64,000 nucleotides of DNA, taken from positions 8,350-72,349 of IMG/VR virus record IMGVR_UViG_3300010396_000010. One strand, written 5' to 3'. This DNA comes from a virus. Under the pieces are notes generated by a model. That model saw nothing but the letters and a program-made list of their open reading frames with translations. It did no database searches and was not told the DNA's origin. The position numbers and the translations under genes are program-made. Positions 58,660 to 64,000 of the stretch are shown here, one piece after another (positions within the stretch are counted from its first letter, which is position 1; each line of letters opens with the position of its first letter).

Positions 58660-61550
58660 ATGCTGCTACTCGCACCACCGAAAACGCTTGACTGTGGATG
58701 CCTCATGCCCTACGGCACGGCTGAACTACTCCACAATCCCTGTCTCGTCTGCTGGTGCTGCACCGACCACTGCACCTGCACACGGCCAGGTCGCGCCGAG
58801 ATCTTCATGGGCTTGGGCGAACTGGAACGCCTCATCGGCTGCCCCAAAGGCATCTCCACATTGAGTGTGCGCTATGACGCTGAGCGAGAAGCCATCGCCA
58901 TCGAACTGATCGGCCAAGGCTTGCCGCCCTGCGCCGAGGGAGAACGCCCGCAGCGCGTGCAACGCATCTTTTCCGCGATGCTTGACGGATCGCAAACAGT
59001 GAGCTATGCGTGGGGCGAGGCGGTGCAGCATGAATAGTGTGGTCGTTCTCGCCGCCGCCGTCATCTTCCTACTAATGGCTGGCTTGCTCATGCGGTCGCT
59101 GTATTTCCACAGCGTCGAGAAGATGGACGCGCTGGGCAAGGAGATGGAGGCCAACCTATTGCTGCTGACATCGGATGCCATCGCCGCAAGTGGTGAGGCG
59201 GAGCAGAAGAAAACCGAACTGCGCATGATGCAGATGCAGGTCCAGATGCAAGGGCGGTCCCGTCGCCCTATCGTTCTCATTCCCATCGCTGGACAATCCG
59301 AACAACTGCTGGTCGGACCAACACCAGCGGCAGATATGAACTAAGGAGCAACTCACATGCAACCCGATCCGCAAGTCGTCGCACGCCTGAAACTGGACGC
59401 AGCACGAAAGCGCCTCCTCGATGCCGTAAAATCCTTCCGCTCGGACCTATTTCGGTGGCGCATGGAACAATTTCGGTGTGAAGATACGGCGCAGTCGCCA
59501 GCAGCGTATCACGAGGCAGAGGCAAGAGCCGAAGCCCTGACAACGATCATCCGCATGCTTGCGGAATATCCTGGCACGCCTGTCAGCATCCACGCATTCA
59601 CCACCGGACATACCATGATTCGTCGGATGAAGGCCCAGATGGAGTACACGCTGGGACTGCTCGATAAATTTCATCGGATGTTGGTGGAGGCACAAGGCGA
59701 TGCGGAGTTACCAGAGTGATAGGCTCAAAGAACCTTTACATCTCCGTACCGATCTCTTAGGTAATTTTAGAAAGGGAACACAGACATGGCGAGCGATATC
59801 ATGAGAGGCCAGTTAAAGATCGATCAGCGCGTCCGGCACATTGAGACTGGCCGGACGGGGACAATCAGGGAAATGCGCGCAAGTTTTAACCGACGCGGTG
59901 ATCCTTGCCAATCAATCCGTGTTTTCTGGGATGACCGGAAACCTTCTCAACGCAGACTAACCACATGGATCGCTGACTACAATCTCATTGATGCTGGCTT
60001 GTGAGTGAGCGCGGCGAGTGACGTACCGTAGCCCCTCTCTTAGCGAGGGGGGCATAGAAGAATTTTTGGAGGTCGAGGTGAAGCGCGTGGCGAACAAGCG
60101 TATCCGCAAAAAGCAGTCAACTGATACGGGCTGGTTCCGTAAGGCGAGCAAGGCGATGGATACTCTCATGCGGCCCAAATATCCGTATCGAGGTCGCTTG
60201 TACACCCATAACCTCCAACGCAACAAGCTCGCGTATTTCACCATCGTGCAGAAAACCTTGCGTGATGAAGGTGAGTCGAGCAATGCAGCAGCGGTGCGCG
60301 CTTGGCAGCTACAAAACCACTCCCTCTGAATAGGGGGGGCATAGAGAAGATTGAAGGGACCAACGAACATGACAGACAATCAAAACACCCCGATTCCCGC
60401 TCATACAAACACGCCAGAAGTTCAAGCTCACTTGTATGAGTGCAACGCCGATGAACTTTGTTTCGTGTGTGGTGGATTGGGTCAGGTGCGCGTACCAAAC
60501 AGCGGCTTATTTACCCATACCTATCATTGGGAACCGTGTGAGACGTGCGGCGGCTTTGGATATGAGCGATTGTAGCGAAGACATGCCGTTCCCCCTACAT
60601 CACTGATGTTGGGGGGCATAGTTGAATCTTGAAAGGAACACGCGATGGGCAAAATAACGATGACCAAGTTAACGACAGAGACCATTTTTGCAAGCGCATT
60701 TGTTCTCGGAAAAGTCGCATCACTGCTAGATCGCGGACTTATTGATACGGCAGATGGCGGCATTAGCGATTTTTCGCCAGAAATACAGGTTGAGATGCAT
60801 GAAGCTGCGAAACGGCTTCGCCGTGAATTAGGCGAGCGACATGCAAACTTAGATCATGCCCTAAAAATGCTCACGGCACAAGAAAAATGAGCAGCAGCGA
60901 GCGCGTCCGTCTCCCCCTTCCCAAGCGTAGAGAGGGGGGGCATAGCTCCATTCTCCTAGCGTTCAACCTCTGCATGGTAAACTGCCAAGAAACCATGCAG
61001 AGGTTCTTCTATGTCGAAAACAGTTGGCATTATCACTGCGGCCATCCTCTTGCTCATGGGTTGCTGCATTCTGAGTGTGGTGGCGATACGCAGCAGTGCC
61101 ACTTCCACCACAACCACCTCGGCGCGTGTCGCTACCGTTCCCGCGACCAGCACATCACGCCCACCCATCCCAACACCTGTGCCGACCATGACAGCGCAGC
61201 AGCGCACCGACGCGCAGATCGTCGCCCTCATCAAGCCGGACGGCCAGCAGTTCAGCATCGCACACCAGAAGGGCGACATCATCATCTATGATGTGTGGGT
61301 AAATGGGGTAGCGAACGATCAAGTAGGGCTGGCATTCGCTAAAATCGAAATCTACGGGGTGATGAAGGCCATGTATACGCAGTGGCATGGATCGTTGACG
61401 GAGATTGATGTCGTCATTCAGGGACCGGATAGAATCGGCAACCTCGCTGCGGCTTACCTCTTTGCCGACACCGCTGCACATTTCGACTGGCCGCACCTCG
61501 TCCCCGCAACGGCATGGCAGCAATACGACTACGCCGAATCCAGCCTATGA
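58660..61550 (+). other. cluster of small genes (58660-59037, 59030-59344, 59357-59719, 59786-60004, ~60076-60329, 60369-60575, 60645-60890, 61011-61550)
   Basis: Consecutive ORFs; the last has an N-terminal TM helix and T/P linker. Confidence 0.55.
60006..60945 (+). repeat. four C-rich/G6-7 hairpin-CATAG repeats between small genes
   Basis: Copies end at 60057, 60344, 60621 and 60945. Confidence 0.8.
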
Positions 61551-61776
61551 AGCATGCGACCTGTTGGATCGTTTGGTATCCTGAGAGGGTAGGGGGCGTG
61601 CAACTAGACGCAAGCCACCTACCCTGTTCGTTCGTGTAGTGACTCAGGAGGCAACGATGGTTCGCATTATGTTCGTCGTCGCGCTGGCATGGGGCTTTCT
61701 CGAAGTCGTGTCGGGGAACTTGGCTGTGGCGCGATTCGCCCATCCCCCTCTGAGGTTATTGCCCCGTAGATAGCAG

Positions 61777-61811
61777 TGGCCCCCTCGTCGCATGAGGGGG
61801 CCATTTTCTTT
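61777..61811 (+). terminator. intrinsic terminator
   Basis: TGGCCCCCTC/GAGGGGGCCA followed by TTTTCTTT. Confidence 0.8.
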
Positions 61812-61840
61812 CGTGCGTCTACAATTCCAACTGTGGAATC

Positions 61841-62557
61841 CTACGGATAGACAAACCACACACCGCTGTCCATCCACACATAGCGGTAGTTGACGCGCCC
61901 GAAGCCGCCACCGTTAAACTCGTCGTTCATCTCCGAGATCAAGATCCAGTTGCCACGCATAGCAATGACCTCGCCGCCCCAATGGCCGATGCTCGATGCG
62001 CCTTGCTCCCCAGGATTAAACCATACCGCTGCACCGATGCGTGGGGCGCGATGCTTGGGCAAGGTCCAGATATTCCAGCTTGGGTGCAATTCTTCGGGCC
62101 ACCAGTTGCACCAGCCCTGACCGGGGCGATAGGGATAGGCGCGAGGATTCGGGTAGTAGATGTTCGCATAACAGCCCACCGGCACTTCCCACAGATAGAC
62201 GTTGCCAGCGGGCCAGTAGGTTGCACTATGGCAGAACTCCATCGCAGAGACGCCGCCACCAGTGGGGGCGGGTGACGGCGCGGGAGCAGGGGATGCGTGA
62301 TTCGGGCAGACATTCAACACTTGCCCTGGATGTATCTGATTGGGATTGCTCCCAATGATGCGCTCATTCAGCGCGTACAACTGCTGCCAGGTGAGGCGAT
62401 AACGAGCCGCGATCTTGGAAAGCCAGTCACCCGACTGCACGACATAGGAACACGGCGCGATGGCCGAAGCGGGGACGAGGGGCGCAGCCTGGGCCGGAGT
62501 GGGCAACAATGAAACCACACCGAGCATCAGGGCCAACGCCAAAACACAACTACGCAT
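61841..62557 (-). CDS. secreted LysM + CHAP-like peptidoglycan hydrolase
   Basis: Signal peptide, YVVQSGDWLSKIA..NPNQIHPGQVL, GWCNWW, GHWG, ISEMN. Confidence 0.88.
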   Translation of the reverse strand: MRSCVLALALMLGVVSLLPTPAQAAPLVPASAIAPCSYVVQSGDWLSKIAARYRLTWQQLYALNERIIGSNPNQIHPGQVLNVCPNHASPAPAPSPAPTGGGVSAMEFCHSATYWPAGNVYLWEVPVGCYANIYYPNPRAYPYRPGQGWCNWWPEELHPSWNIWTLPKHRAPRIGAAVWFNPGEQGASSIGHWGGEVIAMRGNWILISEMNDEFNGGGFGRVNYRYVWMDSGVWFVYP

Positions 62558-62653
62558 AGTACCTCCATAGACCGCTCGGCTAAGAACGGTTGTTCTCAGC
62601 ATACCCGATATGCCTACAGAGTGCCAAATATCTAGGCATATTTATTACGACTA

Positions 62654-62683
62654 TTGACAAATATTATGCAATGAGGATATACT
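62654..62683 (+). promoter_or_regulatory. promoter upstream of the omegaRNA/iscB element
   Basis: TTGACA-18-TATACT. Confidence 0.65.
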
Positions 62684-62719
62684 AGAGCAGTCAAACACGA
62701 CACGAAAGGAGGACTACGG

Positions 62720-62960
62720 CTCAGATACCCCATAGCTAAAAGCTAGGGGCTTGTGAAAGCGAGCCTGGATCTGACCAGTCTCAGTCCTGAAAGGGGCTAT
62801 GTTAGGGGCGAATACAACGATAGGCACCGTTGGGTGGCACCTCAGCCTGACGCTCTGCGGCCAACAGTTAAACAGATAGACGGGGTGCGAGTCAGTGCTG
62901 GTGGCAAACAAACCGCCTCATAACCTTGACGAGGGGAACCTTACCTGGGCAACCAGAGAT
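62720..62960 (+). ncRNA. omegaRNA scaffold (HEARO-like)
   Basis: TCAGATACCCC..CTAAAAGCTAGGGGCTTG..GACCAG.CTCAG..ATAGGCACC..CTCTGCGG..GTTAAACAG..GACGAGGGGAAC directly upstream of iscB. Confidence 0.88.
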
Positions 62961-62975
62961 TCTTAGGAGTTGGCA

Positions 62976-64000
62976 ATGTCATTCGTATTCGTAGTCGATC
63001 AGGACCGCAAGCCGCTTGAGCCGGTGCATCCAGGGCGAGCGCGGTTTCTGCTCAGTGCGGGACACGCCGCCGTTTTGCGGCGCTATCCCTTCACGATCAT
63101 CCTGAAAGAAGTCAATCCCGATGCCGAGCCGCAGCCGTTGCGCGTGAAACTTGATCCGGGCAGCAAAACGACCGGTGTAGCAGTGGTCAATGACGACACT
63201 GGGCAAGTCGTGTGGGCCGCGGAGATTACCCATCGCGGACAGCAGGTGAAGGCCAGCCTGGACAGCCGACGGGCGCAAAGGCATGGGCGACGGTCACGCC
63301 ATACCCGCTATCGTCAGCCGCGATTTGATAACCGCACCCGCCCTGCTGGATGGCTACCACCCTCGATGGAAAGCCGATTAGCGAATACCCTGACATGGGT
63401 AGCACGCCTGATGAAATGGTGTCCCATCGACGCGATCAGCATGGAACTGGTGAAGTTCGATACCCATCTCATGCAGAACGCCGAAATCAGCGGGGTGGAA
63501 TATCAGCAGGGCGAATTGCAGGGCTACGAAGTGCGGGAATATCTGTTAGAGAAGTGGCATCGAGCCTGTGCGTACTGTGGGGCTAAGGATGTCCCCTTGC
63601 AAGTGGAACATATCATCCCGCGCAAACGGCAGGGTTCAGACAGAATCAGCAATCTCACCCTGGCTTGTGAGTCGTGCAACCAGCGCAAGGGGACACAGAC
63701 CGCCGCAGAGTTTGGTTTTCCTGATATCCAAGCCCAGGCCAAACAGCCATTACGGGATTCCGCAGCGGTGAATACAACGCGCTGGGCGCTGTACGAACGC
63801 TTACAAGGGCTGGGGTTGCATGTTGAGGTGGGAACGGGTGGACGAACCAAGTGGAACCGCACCCAACGTGGCTTGCCGAAAACACATTGGCTTGACGCGG
63901 CATGCGTGGGGGCGTCCACGCCCGCTACCTTGCATGTGGGACAGATCGTTCCTCTGGCGGTCACGGCGATGGGGCGGCATAGTCGGCAGATGTGCCGAAC
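62976..64000 (+). CDS. iscB: RNA-guided endonuclease IscB (3' truncated; absent from the ORF track)
   Basis: MSFVFVVDQDRKPLEP (PLMP-like), LDPGSKTTG RuvC-I, Arg-rich bridge helix, GWLPPS, ELVKFD, HNH CAYCG..EHIIPR..SNLTLACESCN, THWLDAACVG. Confidence 0.96.
   Translation, partial: MSFVFVVDQDRKPLEPVHPGRARFLLSAGHAAVLRRYPFTIILKEVNPDAEPQPLRVKLDPGSKTTGVAVVNDDTGQVVWAAEITHRGQQVKASLDSRRAQRHGRRSRHTRYRQPRFDNRTRPAGWLPPSMESRLANTLTWVARLMKWCPIDAISMELVKFDTHLMQNAEISGVEYQQGELQGYEVREYLLEKWHRACAYCGAKDVPLQVEHIIPRKRQGSDRISNLTLACESCNQRKGTQTAAEFGFPDIQAQAKQPLRDSAAVNTTRWALYERLQGLGLHVEVGTGGRTKWNRTQRGLPKTHWLDAACVGASTPATLHVGQIVPLAVTAMGRHSRQMCR

Larger units (their letters stand above)
62720..64000 (+). mobile_element. 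IS200/IS605-family IscB element (no tnpA visible; truncated)
   Basis: omegaRNA plus iscB. Confidence 0.8.

Noticed and set aside
41021-60945. Repeat families as CRISPR arrays or integron attC sites
   Set aside because: The spacers are whole genes of variable length, there are no cas genes, and no RYYYAAC/GTTRRRY ends
62979-63964. Short ORFs listed over the right end of the window
   Set aside because: Alternative frames of iscB, which the track missed because it has no stop inside the window

Overview
The window looks like most of one temperate siphovirus-type phage genome; I see no host housekeeping genes. The host is perhaps a Ktedonobacteria/Chloroflexota bacterium, which is an inference from protein style and the IscB type. 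Layout: sigma-70 factor, tail-fibre and lysis genes (+, 51-5966); Ser/Thr kinase; repressor/RHH pair; attP-like arm repeats; integrase and excisionase; a second tyrosine recombinase; a non-coding RNA island (14.9-15.5 kb); a long minus-strand morphogenesis operon (TerL, Mu-like portal, protease, capsid, beta-helix spike, GH5 fusion, tail, tape measure, Dit, Tal); an RNA-rich small-gene operon lying between terS and terL; ParB; many early small genes; LysM-CHAP; and an omegaRNA-iscB element truncated by the window end. The most notable signal is a candidate RNA-based control system. A predicted ~87-nt sRNA (15375-15461, minus) has its own promoter and terminator and two seeds (UUGUCUC and CUUGUGAU). 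These are antisense to a bipartite ATC(A/G)CAAG-N6-9-GAGACAA motif just upstream of five start codons 26-28 kb away. The target operon also has a type II hammerhead ribozyme and a multi-pseudoknot leader RNA, and is followed by a perfect 60-bp palindrome. Next to the sRNA is a predicted ~380-nt RNA with an embedded tRNA-like domain. All RNA structures were paired by eye and family names come from motif recognition; no searches were run.
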